Positions 1 through 7,304 of a stretch of 16,923 nucleotides of DNA are shown piece by piece. A program made the position numbers and the translations under genes. The stretch lies in the IMG/VR virus record IMGVR_UViG_3300045988_141692; one strand, written 5' to 3'. The DNA comes from a virus. Below the pieces are notes generated by a model. The model worked only from the letters and a program-made list of their open reading frames with translations. It was not told the origin of the DNA and ran no database searches. Every line of letters begins with the position of its first letter. Positions within the stretch are counted from its first letter, which is position 1.

Positions 1-146
1 GGGGGGTCGCGGCCCCAAAACATGCACTTTGGAAAACCAAAATTCACTCACACAAATTTTTTAAAAAAGCTTGCATTTTCAAGTGCACTGTGATATAATT
101 ACTATAGTAACAAAGATATAGTGAATCAGAAAGAGAGGGAAATGAT
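1..146. repeat. Left inverted terminal repeat (ITR-L), 146 bp
   Basis: Positions 1..146 are the exact reverse complement of 16778..16923. Identity ends at 147 (a, versus g in the mirrored copy). The repeat begins GGGGGGTCGCGGCCCC. Confidence 0.95.
57..110 (+). promoter_or_regulatory. ITR-L early promoter: T6A6 UP-like tract, -35 TTGCAT, 17-nt spacer, extended -10 TGaTATAAT, palindrome at the start site
   Basis: TTTTTTAAAAAA lies at 57..68, TTGCAT at 71..76, a 17-nt spacer at 77..93 and TATAAT at 94..99, with TG at 91..92. The perfect 12-bp palindrome TTACTATAGTAA at 99..110 overlaps the expected start (~106). An SD (GAGGG, 135..139) lies 7 nt before the ATG at 147. Confidence 0.75.
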
Positions 147-353
147 ATGACATTAAGAAACTTATATGTATTGAACTTAGATTGGGATGCAGACACTTGT
201 GTTATGATTTCAGATATGAATGGTTGTGTTATATTCAATTCAGATATTTCATATGCTGTTAAGAAGTTTGGTGATATCGAAGTTAAGCATTTTCGTGGTA
301 ATGAAGTAACAATTAAATGTTTATTTGATGGTGAAGAATTGGAGGTATTATAA
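147..353 (+). CDS. Hypothetical left-arm early protein (68 aa)
   Basis: This is the first ORF after the ITR-L promoter and SD. The ATG at 147 sits 7 nt from GAGGG. I recognise no motif. Confidence 0.6.
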   Translation: MTLRNLYVLNLDWDADTCVMISDMNGCVIFNSDISYAVKKFGDIEVKHFRGNEVTIKCLFDGEELEVL

Positions 354-547
354 TGAACAAAGAATATTCAATATTCGAAGCACTTTTAATCGAAGCAGAA
401 TACGCACAGAATATGAAAGCACAAACATTATTACATCAAGTGTTTGGAAAAGCTGAAATGGCTTTTAAGTTAGGAGCGATAACTTCTTCACAGTTTTTAA
501 AGCTTAATACAGAGACTCTTGATTTTCTTTATTCTAATTGTCAATAA
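353..547 (+). CDS. Hypothetical left-arm early protein (64 aa, predicted helical)
   Basis: Its start overlaps the upstream stop (TAATG at 351..355), which suggests translational coupling. I recognise no motif. Confidence 0.55.
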   Translation: MNKEYSIFEALLIEAEYAQNMKAQTLLHQVFGKAEMAFKLGAITSSQFLKLNTETLDFLYSNCQ

Positions 548-608
548 TTTAATTCCTTGTAGGTGGGATGGCTAAACCTTCAATCCAGCACAAAGGAGGT
601 GAGCACAC

Positions 609-761
609 ATGATAGTATTTAACTATGTTCTAATAGTACTCTCCCTAGCACTCTTCATTTACTCCGGAGATACGAACATACTAATCGCAGTAGGTCTGTT
701 CTCAATCGCGCAATCGATAACAAACCTCAAAGTTAACATCCACAAGAAATCACGCTATTAG
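609..761 (+). CDS. Small two-TM membrane protein (50 aa), absent from the ORF track
   Basis: ATG at 609 is preceded by AAAGGAGGTGA (GGAGG at 595..599, 9-nt spacing). My translation is MIVFNYVLIVLSLALFIYSGDTNILIAVGLFSIAQSITNLKVNIHKKSRY: two hydrophobic segments and a basic tail, with TAG at 759..761. Confidence 0.6.
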   Translation: MIVFNYVLIVLSLALFIYSGDTNILIAVGLFSIAQSITNLKVNIHKKSRY

Positions 762-769
762 CAACAAGG

Positions 770-803
770 CGGCGGAGTCAAAACGGCTCCGCCGTTCTTT
801 ATT
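770..803. terminator. Shared hairpin terminator between the convergent left-arm genes and the late operon
   Basis: CGGCGGAG (770..777) pairs with CTCCGCCG (787..794) around a 9-nt loop. TTCTTTATT follows on the + strand. The hairpin lies between the + strand stop (761) and the - strand endolysin stop (802..804). Confidence 0.7.
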
Positions 804-1653
804 AAGGTTTAATCAAAATTCCAGCTTTAAGTAAGTCCAACATAAGTACATTCTGTTCAGCCGTCCCCTTGTAATCAATAATTCCATTCACAGCCGCAAT
901 CTTTTTCCTGTACTCATAACTTCCATCAAACCCTATACTTTCTAAAGCCCTACTGATACTCTCTCCATTAAACACATCATTCAGAAACAGTTCGTTCAAT
1001 TCTTTTGTATGCAGACTTAAAATGCTATCATCGAACACGTTAAGGTCAACTCTCTGTTTGATTCCGTCCACGAATCCCTTGCTAGTATATTGCCAACCTA
1101 TTTGATTAGGCAAATTTGGGTTCAAACTTCCAACAGGAATATCTTCTTCAATAGGATAAGAATTTATCTTATTATCGTGAGGATATCTCGCCGTCCAAAT
1201 GATAGGCTGTAATTTTAGCACTTCTTCATGATTGAAATTATGTTCATTCCAGAACGAAAGTCCTGTGTAAAGTCCAAATTTAAATCCGTGCTCTTTAATT
1301 AAATTAGCTTCATAACAAATTAAATTAGTCAATTTTTCTGAACCTAATTTACGTAAACTATCGTCCTCAACATCTAAGTAAATAACAGAAACACTTGATT
1401 TTACTGCGTCCGTAACAGTAATTAATGTGTTTATTATTTCTTCATGCGCTTCTTCCTGATTAGTTGCGTACATATACTTATATGCATCATATGGAATACC
1501 ATACAATTTGCATGAATCCGCATGTGCGTAAAATTGCTTATCCGGTTTGTTATTTTTTGTAGTACTTCTTAGAATCGTATACTCAATACTCTTATGCGCC
1601 TTGCCCCAGTCAATATCCGTCTGATTAGCACTTAAATCCACACCTTTAATCAT
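802..1653 (-). CDS. Endolysin: N-terminal GH25 muramidase plus a C-terminal ~65-aa putative cell-wall-binding domain
   Basis: The N-terminus MIKGVDLSANQTDIDWGKA and the YLDVEDD block fit the GH25 (Cpl-1-type lysozyme) pattern. It is the last gene of the late operon, directly after the holin, with an 8-nt overlap. The RBS is GGGGAGG. Confidence 0.8.
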   Translation of the reverse strand: MIKGVDLSANQTDIDWGKAHKSIEYTILRSTTKNNKPDKQFYAHADSCKLYGIPYDAYKYMYATNQEEAHEEIINTLITVTDAVKSSVSVIYLDVEDDSLRKLGSEKLTNLICYEANLIKEHGFKFGLYTGLSFWNEHNFNHEEVLKLQPIIWTARYPHDNKINSYPIEEDIPVGSLNPNLPNQIGWQYTSKGFVDGIKQRVDLNVFDDSILSLHTKELNELFLNDVFNGESISRALESIGFDGSYEYRKKIAAVNGIIDYKGTAEQNVLMLDLLKAGILIKP

Positions 1654-2104
1654 GTAAGTTTTCCTCCCCTTTTTTATTAATCTTTCCTCTTACGTCCTTA
1701 ACATAACGTGTTAAAAAGTCAGGAATTGGCACACCCAAACCAGCAACGTTTTCCAGAATACTGAGCAACTCATTTAAGATAAACCATACAGTCACCAGTA
1801 AACCAAAGAACATAGTTATTTCATACTTTAGCCCCATAATTGACAGAGCGTACATGATAATATAATCAAAAAACATCGCAACAATTATCACACATAAATA
1901 TCCAACCTTTTTAATAATCCCCTTAACTCCTGCCTTAGAACTTAATCCTTCTTTTTCCGCATTGTTTGCGCATCCGCTGATAAAGTCAACAATCATGCAA
2001 CACAAAAGTATAACCATGACTGGAAACATAGCTTGTGTTTCTGCTGTTATCCATGTAAGTAAGAGTGTAAGTCCGCTGTGTAATGCTATCTCCATATTTT
2101 TCAT
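1646..2104 (-). CDS. Holin, multi-TM (Phage_holin_4_1 / TcdE-like type)
   Basis: About 4 hydrophobic segments and a charged C-terminal tail. The block WFILNELLSILENVAGLGVPIPDFL matches the conserved NE..SI.EN...G.P motif I recall for that holin family. It sits immediately upstream of the endolysin. Confidence 0.8.
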   Translation of the reverse strand: MKNMEIALHSGLTLLLTWITAETQAMFPVMVILLCCMIVDFISGCANNAEKEGLSSKAGVKGIIKKVGYLCVIIVAMFFDYIIMYALSIMGLKYEITMFFGLLVTVWFILNELLSILENVAGLGVPIPDFLTRYVKDVRGKINKKGEENLHD

Positions 2105-2109
2105 GTTTA

Positions 2110-2865
2110 CTATCCTTTCGGTTTATAATATCCGTTTCCAATGAAATAAAACAAGGTATCTCTATATTTTACTATGTCTGTGCTGATACGTCTAACTTTC
2201 CACGGTAAAAAATACAAAGGATTCTGTGTCATTTTAAGATAAAAATTTCCATTCCATTCCCATAAATATAGATATTCATTATCTGGCTCAGGTTCAGGTG
2301 GCGGGTCAGGTGGAGGTGTTGGAGGGTCAGGCGGAGGTTCAGGTTCACCTTGAGCAAGTACTTGATACCAGTACCACGCTTGACTTCCGCGTTTCGGCTG
2401 ATTCTGATTGCTAGGCCGTTCATAGTTTTTTAACCATGCGTCTGCCAGATATTTAACGCACTGTTCGTCTGTCATTCCGATGCTCGTATCAGGCGTATAT
2501 TTTATAAACTCGGCGAACGTTAATGGATATTTACTTGTAGGATAATACTGTTCATGATTTTCGAGTTCCCATTGTATACGTGCAAGTTGGTGCTCATAAT
2601 TGCTATAGTCTGTCCATCCATTATCTCTACACCAATTAAAGTACTTTGTAGCAGGTGTCCACTGAACCAGACCATAACCTCCACTGGTGTTTCCCGCATT
2701 TAATCCTTCCCAGATACCCGGATTAAAAGTACTTTCTGTTTGCAAGTTACCGAACATTCCAGCAATTGCATATTCTGTCCAACCCATAGCTTTAAATAAA
2801 GGCCATAGTTCTGTAGCGTTTTCTGTCATGTCCGGTAACTGTAAGTACGCGTTACTAGTTATCAT
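2110..2865 (-). CDS. Tail-associated peptidoglycan hydrolase (phage tail lysozyme domain) with a proline-rich linker and an unknown C-terminal domain
   Basis: GMFGNLQTESTFNPG...GGYGLVQWT resembles the phage tail lysozyme family (Pfam Phage_lysozyme2 type). The linker reads EPEPPPDPPTPPPDPPPEPEPD. The gene occupies the phi29 gp13 position, before the holin. Its start is coupled to the upstream stop (ATGA at 2862..2865). Confidence 0.65.
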   Translation of the reverse strand: MITSNAYLQLPDMTENATELWPLFKAMGWTEYAIAGMFGNLQTESTFNPGIWEGLNAGNTSGGYGLVQWTPATKYFNWCRDNGWTDYSNYEHQLARIQWELENHEQYYPTSKYPLTFAEFIKYTPDTSIGMTDEQCVKYLADAWLKNYERPSNQNQPKRGSQAWYWYQVLAQGEPEPPPDPPTPPPDPPPEPEPDNEYLYLWEWNGNFYLKMTQNPLYFLPWKVRRISTDIVKYRDTLFYFIGNGYYKPKG

Positions 2866-3779
2866 TTACCATAAACTAGCTGTGCATTGGCAAAACTTCC
2901 ACTAATATTATACAGCCCAGTATTTCCAGAAATAAATCTTGAGCCATTTCCCGAAACACTTCCGGTACCTGCAAAAAATAACAATTTATAGCCATCTTTT
3001 TTTGGAATAGGTTTTATAGTAGAAGAAACAGTCATAGAATCTACAACATAATTAGTTTTTTTGGAAGTTTTTGCATAAAACCCAATTACGCATGCAAGCA
3101 TAAATGTGGCGTTATTTGCCGTGGATGTAAAACCTGTATTTGTAATATTTACAATACAGTTTGCATTTCCAAAAGCCGCAGAGGAATACCCCCCGGAAGT
3201 AATAAAAGTATATTCTTCCTCGTCTACTGTTATTGTTTCAGGGAAAGTATAATTTCCAATTGTCGCACCGGGATTTCCAGTTCCATTAGCAGATGTGAAT
3301 ACTGCTAATAAATAATCTCCCGCTTTTACAATACTTGATTCAAGTGCTGAAACTCTAGCGTCCAGCCCGTTAATCTGACTAACATTTCCCTGAGCCTGCT
3401 GTAAAGCCGCGTTTGCATCCGTGCTAGCCTGATTTGCGGCATTTACAGCGGCTGTAGAATTTGTATTTGCCTGACCAGATTTTGTAGCCGCATCATTTGC
3501 CTGCGTCAAAGCAGTCTGTACTTTTTCCTCGATGGTGTCAGCAAGCCCACTAATACTGTCCACCTGATTCTGAGTCTCAGTTAACGTTTCTTCTGCATCA
3601 CCGATTCTTGCATTGGCTTCGTCCATTTTGTTTGAACCTTCACCAGCAGAATTTTTGTTGTCGTTCATGCCCTTGTCGATAATTCCCATTGCGTCATTAA
3701 AATCTCCAAGGAATGTTGGTTTATCGGTATCGATGTACTGCGGAAGGCCATAGTTAGGTGTTTTGTTTGTGCTACTCAT
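2862..3779 (-). CDS. Tail fibre / receptor-binding protein (305 aa)
   Basis: The N-terminus TPNYGLPQYIDTDKPTFLGDFNDAMGIIDKGMN is typical of Gram-positive phage fibre N-termini. An Ala/Asn/Gln-rich coiled coil ends INGLDARVSALES and is followed by a beta-rich C-terminal domain. The RBS AAGGAGG is strong. Confidence 0.6.
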   Translation of the reverse strand: MSSTNKTPNYGLPQYIDTDKPTFLGDFNDAMGIIDKGMNDNKNSAGEGSNKMDEANARIGDAEETLTETQNQVDSISGLADTIEEKVQTALTQANDAATKSGQANTNSTAAVNAANQASTDANAALQQAQGNVSQINGLDARVSALESSIVKAGDYLLAVFTSANGTGNPGATIGNYTFPETITVDEEEYTFITSGGYSSAAFGNANCIVNITNTGFTSTANNATFMLACVIGFYAKTSKKTNYVVDSMTVSSTIKPIPKKDGYKLLFFAGTGSVSGNGSRFISGNTGLYNISGSFANAQLVYGK

Positions 3780-3823
3780 TTTGTAATCCTCCTTATAGAT
3801 GCTTCACGTGAAACATTTTCTAT

Positions 3824-4267
3824 TCATTTTTCCAGAGCGGCTATTCTCTGGTCTAAGCCCGAAATAGAGATTGCAACGTTGTTGTTTGCTTGCTGTGCTT
3901 GTGTAACCAGAGCAACCGATTTACTTACACTGTCAGTCGCATTGTTCGCATTTGTCAAAGCAGTGCTGGCAAGTGTAGCCGCATTTGTCGCAACTGTAAC
4001 AGCGGTTGTTGCATTTCCATCCTGTTCATGAAATTTTGCTTCGGCCAATGTTAACTGTTCGCGCATGTTAACATTAATGGAAATCATCTGAGCAACTCTG
4101 GCAATAATTTCATTCGCCCTCTGCAAAATTCGATTAGCAAGTGTTCCATTGCTGTTCATATCTGTATCGATTTCTAAAAAATTTGCAGTCCAATCTTCAT
4201 TGGGATATGGCGCATCCATCTTGTTATAAATTCCGAGCTTGTAGTACGGAGTTTGTCTTGTAAACAT
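3824..4267 (-). CDS. Fibre-like protein lacking a distal domain (147 aa), paralogous to the N-terminal half of 2862..3779
   Basis: It has the same layout: an N-terminal Y..G......D.......ID motif and an Ala/Asn-rich coiled coil ending ISGLDQRIAALEK, then stops. Its start overlaps the upstream stop (TAATG). Confidence 0.5.
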   Translation of the reverse strand: MFTRQTPYYKLGIYNKMDAPYPNEDWTANFLEIDTDMNSNGTLANRILQRANEIIARVAQMISINVNMREQLTLAEAKFHEQDGNATTAVTVATNAATLASTALTNANNATDSVSKSVALVTQAQQANNNVAISISGLDQRIAALEK

Positions 4268-5583
4268 TAACTTATTCCTCCTTTAAGAGCAACATTTTCG
4301 ATGTACATAATTACAGGAGCTTCGATGATATGTAAATCGTTTTCCGCTGTAACGTTTAACACATTTACGTTAAAGTCAACTTCCAATAAATTGTGTTCTA
4401 CACTTTCCACAAAGTTTCTGGATTCTGTCTGATACGTTCCGCTGTTGCTTAAATTTGGGGCAACAAACGTATTTATTAAATTTTCTCGTTTTGCTGTAAC
4501 AGGAAGGATAGCCTTGATGGCATATGGAACAGTTCCTTCTGTTATTTCAGGCGCGTCATAATTTCCAGCAATTTTTAACTTACGTTTGAACCCATTTTCA
4601 GAACGGCTTATTGTTTGAATGTTATTTGTATCAAAAATCTGAATAGAACTCCTGTCCCAAAAATACGCAGTCACGTTGTATTTTTTGTAATCAGCGTCAT
4701 TAAATTGTAAAATGTTATCCCGTTCTCCAGCAGTAAGACACATCTGGTTATTCATACTTGCAACATCTTCTACAGCCGTTTGTATTCTTCCCCATTCACC
4801 TGTCATGGGATTGTAAATCCGATGCTTATATTTTTTGTACATGATACGGTACGCCTGTACATCAAAGTTGATTGCTGTCATGTACAATTTCTGGAAGTCA
4901 GTTCCAACATTTCCAAACGCTTCAAACCATTCGTCAAATTGTGCCGCTGTAATAGCGTGAACTCTTAAAGCGTTCCATACATCTGTAACTGTGTTTCCTA
5001 CGTGGTCACGTAAACCTGTTGTCGGATTATCAATTCTGAAACCGTCCTCATTAATCTCGTCAATTTCCAGACGCAGTTTGTCTAACTCTTCCTGAACCCA
5101 AGTTCTTGTACGTTCTATGCTGGAATCTACATAAGCAGTTAAGTTCTGTTTCATAATGTCCATATCCGCATAGATTTTTACAACATCGCTTGCGTGTTTA
5201 TCACGAATATCTTTAAAGTTAGCATCAACGTACTTACGTAAATCAGTTATCATTCCCTCGATTCGCGTAACATCTTTTAGATGCTCATTCCAGTAAAACG
5301 TGTCTTGCTGGTCTACATATGTACGTAATTCTGCAAGCGTTCTGTCGTGATAATCTCTTAACTGGTCAATCACTGCGGTGAGTTCCACACGTAAAGCATC
5401 AATTGCTTTGTCTGTGTATTCCTCATAATTCGTTTGTAAATCTTCCAGATACTGCACAATCACATTTACGTTGTACAGGATTTTTCCGAGATTTTCCTCA
5501 AAGGATATTGACCAGTCCCACGCAGATGGTAATGAAAGCCACGATGGAGGATTGCATACCTTTTTAGGTTTTTCTTTATCCAT
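4267..5583 (-). CDS. Neck appendage / tail structural protein (438 aa, coiled-coil N-terminal half)
   Basis: It occupies the phi29 gp12 position, after the lower collar. The N-terminal ~180 aa are charged and heptad-like, and the C-terminal half looks beta-rich. RBS GGGAGG. The function is assigned by synteny only. Confidence 0.4.
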   Translation of the reverse strand: MDKEKPKKVCNPPSWLSLPSAWDWSISFEENLGKILYNVNVIVQYLEDLQTNYEEYTDKAIDALRVELTAVIDQLRDYHDRTLAELRTYVDQQDTFYWNEHLKDVTRIEGMITDLRKYVDANFKDIRDKHASDVVKIYADMDIMKQNLTAYVDSSIERTRTWVQEELDKLRLEIDEINEDGFRIDNPTTGLRDHVGNTVTDVWNALRVHAITAAQFDEWFEAFGNVGTDFQKLYMTAINFDVQAYRIMYKKYKHRIYNPMTGEWGRIQTAVEDVASMNNQMCLTAGERDNILQFNDADYKKYNVTAYFWDRSSIQIFDTNNIQTISRSENGFKRKLKIAGNYDAPEITEGTVPYAIKAILPVTAKRENLINTFVAPNLSNSGTYQTESRNFVESVEHNLLEVDFNVNVLNVTAENDLHIIEAPVIMYIENVALKGGIS

Positions 5584-5598
5584 ATTATTACCTCCCTT

Positions 5599-6330
5599 CT
5601 AAAATGTAAAAATTTTGAGAAACAGTCCACGACTTACTTCTCTAACCATTTCCCCAATCACATCCGGTAATGTGTCTCGGTTTCGCTTGAGTACTTCTCC
5701 TTGCGGAATAGTAAAGCCTTTATGGGTAACCGTTTCTGTTAAGTCTCGTTTACGTTCTCCCTTATCAGAGGAATTTGAATCACTACTTCCGCTACCATTG
5801 TCTGTTGTTATGTTAGTAGCGTAGTCCTCATTGCCTAAAGCGCTTTCCGGGGTGTCCTCATACACATTCTTGTTGGTGTTTGTTGCGCTAGTATGCATGT
5901 TTCCAGAGTTTTCTGAATTTTCTCCTTCATTAACTGTGCGGCTAGTCTCGTCGGAGAATGAATTGAGCAAGTCGAAATCTTTTTGCATAATTTCGTACAA
6001 TTTATTGTATCGCCATATCACACGTCTTATATTACCATTAAAACGTAGTAAAAACATGGTAACATTTTCGTACTCAATTTCGCGCATCAAATTATCAGTA
6101 CAAAATAACTGGAAAAAATCATCCTTCATTTGTTGTGAAAAGAACTGAATATTTTTGTCAATCATGCTGTTTTCGGCTGTTGCTATTCGTTCTCCCACAG
6201 GAACATCATACTCTGGTTTAAAGAAAGGGTATCTTCCTTCTTCAGCGTTTTGTTTAGCAAGAGCTTCGGGGTTTTTGTCCTGTGAATAATGATAAATTAT
6301 GTCACGTAATGTTGTTGTATAATATGCCAT
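5599..6330 (-). CDS. Lower collar protein candidate (gp11 position, 243 aa)
   Basis: It lies directly downstream of the connector gene with a TAATG overlap, and its size and position fit the phi29 lower collar. A Ser/Asn/Gly-rich internal segment is present. I recognise no independent motif. Confidence 0.5.
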   Translation of the reverse strand: MAYYTTTLRDIIYHYSQDKNPEALAKQNAEEGRYPFFKPEYDVPVGERIATAENSMIDKNIQFFSQQMKDDFFQLFCTDNLMREIEYENVTMFLLRFNGNIRRVIWRYNKLYEIMQKDFDLLNSFSDETSRTVNEGENSENSGNMHTSATNTNKNVYEDTPESALGNEDYATNITTDNGSGSSDSNSSDKGERKRDLTETVTHKGFTIPQGEVLKRNRDTLPDVIGEMVREVSRGLFLKIFTF

Positions 6331-7289
6331 TATTCGTCACCCTCTTTCTCTTCTGTTTCTCCTGAGCCATATCCTTCTCGATCAGATGCATCACTAGGCT
6401 GTAACGTTCCATCCACTTTAGCAAGTGCATTTGCATCAAATTCTACACTTATGTTAGTACCAAACATTCTATTCACCTGTTCGGCTCCAATTTCTCGGCT
6501 TCTTAAAGCGTTGTTCCGGAAACCCATAATGTGCTCATTGTTGGCGTTTCCCTCGTCCACAGTAAGGTGCTCAGCCTTGTAAACAGAAATGTTGTTATAC
6601 CCCAACAATGAAAGATATTCTCCAAGAATCGCCATTTTTGTTTTGTCAAGTGGCTCAGTAATGATAGGTGTGCTTAAGTCTAACACTTCTGGTTTATCTG
6701 TTTCAGAAATAAACTCGTCTGAATCATCATAAAAAATGTACGGTAAACCGAGTTGCGTATTATTTATCATTTGTCTCATTGAATTCTCATTGTCCTTATT
6801 CGTACGAATAATTTTAGGCCTCATTTGCAAGGTAATGTTTACATCTTTTGCGAGTTCAACTCTTGCCAGCTTTTGTGCATAATATTCGATGATTGGGACA
6901 AACGGAGAATAGGTAGCGTCGTTAAAAACTAAAACGCTGTTATCCTCGTATCGAACTGTGTGATAACCATTTGCCGTATTTACATGACGGATTCTCGGAA
7001 TGTTATAAATGTTAAATTTACCTGTGTTTGCGGAAGGTAGGGCAACCATGCCGATAACCGGGTTTTCGAAAAACAGACAATTTCCTTTCATAATTAGCGT
7101 CTGCTCAATTACCCTTTCGGAAACGGTGTCAGGCAATCCATTCCACTTAAAACGGCTAATCGCTAAAACATAAAGATATCTAAGATAATTCCAGTACGTC
7201 CAATCACGATTTACTCCGCTCATTATTTTTTGGTCATATCCAACACCGCATAATCCAAGTGGGTCACGGCTTATACTGCGTCTCCCCAT
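6330..7289 (-). CDS. Head-tail connector / upper collar (portal) protein, gp10-like
   Basis: 319 aa, versus ~309 aa for phi29 gp10. The block ISRFKWNGLPDTV...FFENPVIG parallels the phi29 gp10 FEWENLPPTI...FYKDPVI block as I recall it. The C-terminal tail is acidic, as in gp10. RBS AAAGGAGGG. Confidence 0.8.
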   Translation of the reverse strand: MGRRSISRDPLGLCGVGYDQKIMSGVNRDWTYWNYLRYLYVLAISRFKWNGLPDTVSERVIEQTLIMKGNCLFFENPVIGMVALPSANTGKFNIYNIPRIRHVNTANGYHTVRYEDNSVLVFNDATYSPFVPIIEYYAQKLARVELAKDVNITLQMRPKIIRTNKDNENSMRQMINNTQLGLPYIFYDDSDEFISETDKPEVLDLSTPIITEPLDKTKMAILGEYLSLLGYNNISVYKAEHLTVDEGNANNEHIMGFRNNALRSREIGAEQVNRMFGTNISVEFDANALAKVDGTLQPSDASDREGYGSGETEEKEGDE

Positions 7290-7304
7290 TTCTCACCCTC
7301 CTTT

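Noticed and set aside
142-150. The mini-ORF ATG ATA TGA, created where the ITR-borne ATG meets unique left-arm sequence; considered as a regulatory upstream ORF coupled to the ATG at 147
   Set aside because: The GAGGG SD is only 2 nt from that ATG and 7 nt from the ATG at 147, so direct initiation at 147 is the simpler reading. I note it only as a by-product of the ITR boundary.
44-238. A 64-aa - strand ORF spanning the left ITR boundary
   Set aside because: It runs antisense through the ITR promoter and leader and the first + strand gene. It has no RBS, and half of it is ITR sequence whose mirrored copy is not coding in that frame.
2881-2900. A TATAAT match on the - strand (CTGTATAAT) inside the 3' end of the fibre gene; considered as a promoter for the tail lysozyme
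   Set aside because: The hexamer 17 nt upstream (TTATTT) is a poor -35 and the TG is not in the extended -10 register. The lysozyme start is also translationally coupled (ATGA) to the fibre gene, so no separate promoter is needed.
3799-3816. A near-palindrome ATGCTTCACGTGAAACAT centred on CACGTG, between the two fibre genes; considered as a terminator
   Set aside because: There is no loop (the centre is fully palindromic) and one arm mismatch. No U-tract follows on the - strand, and the downstream gene's RBS comes immediately after. At most it is a weak RNA hairpin or a chance palindrome.
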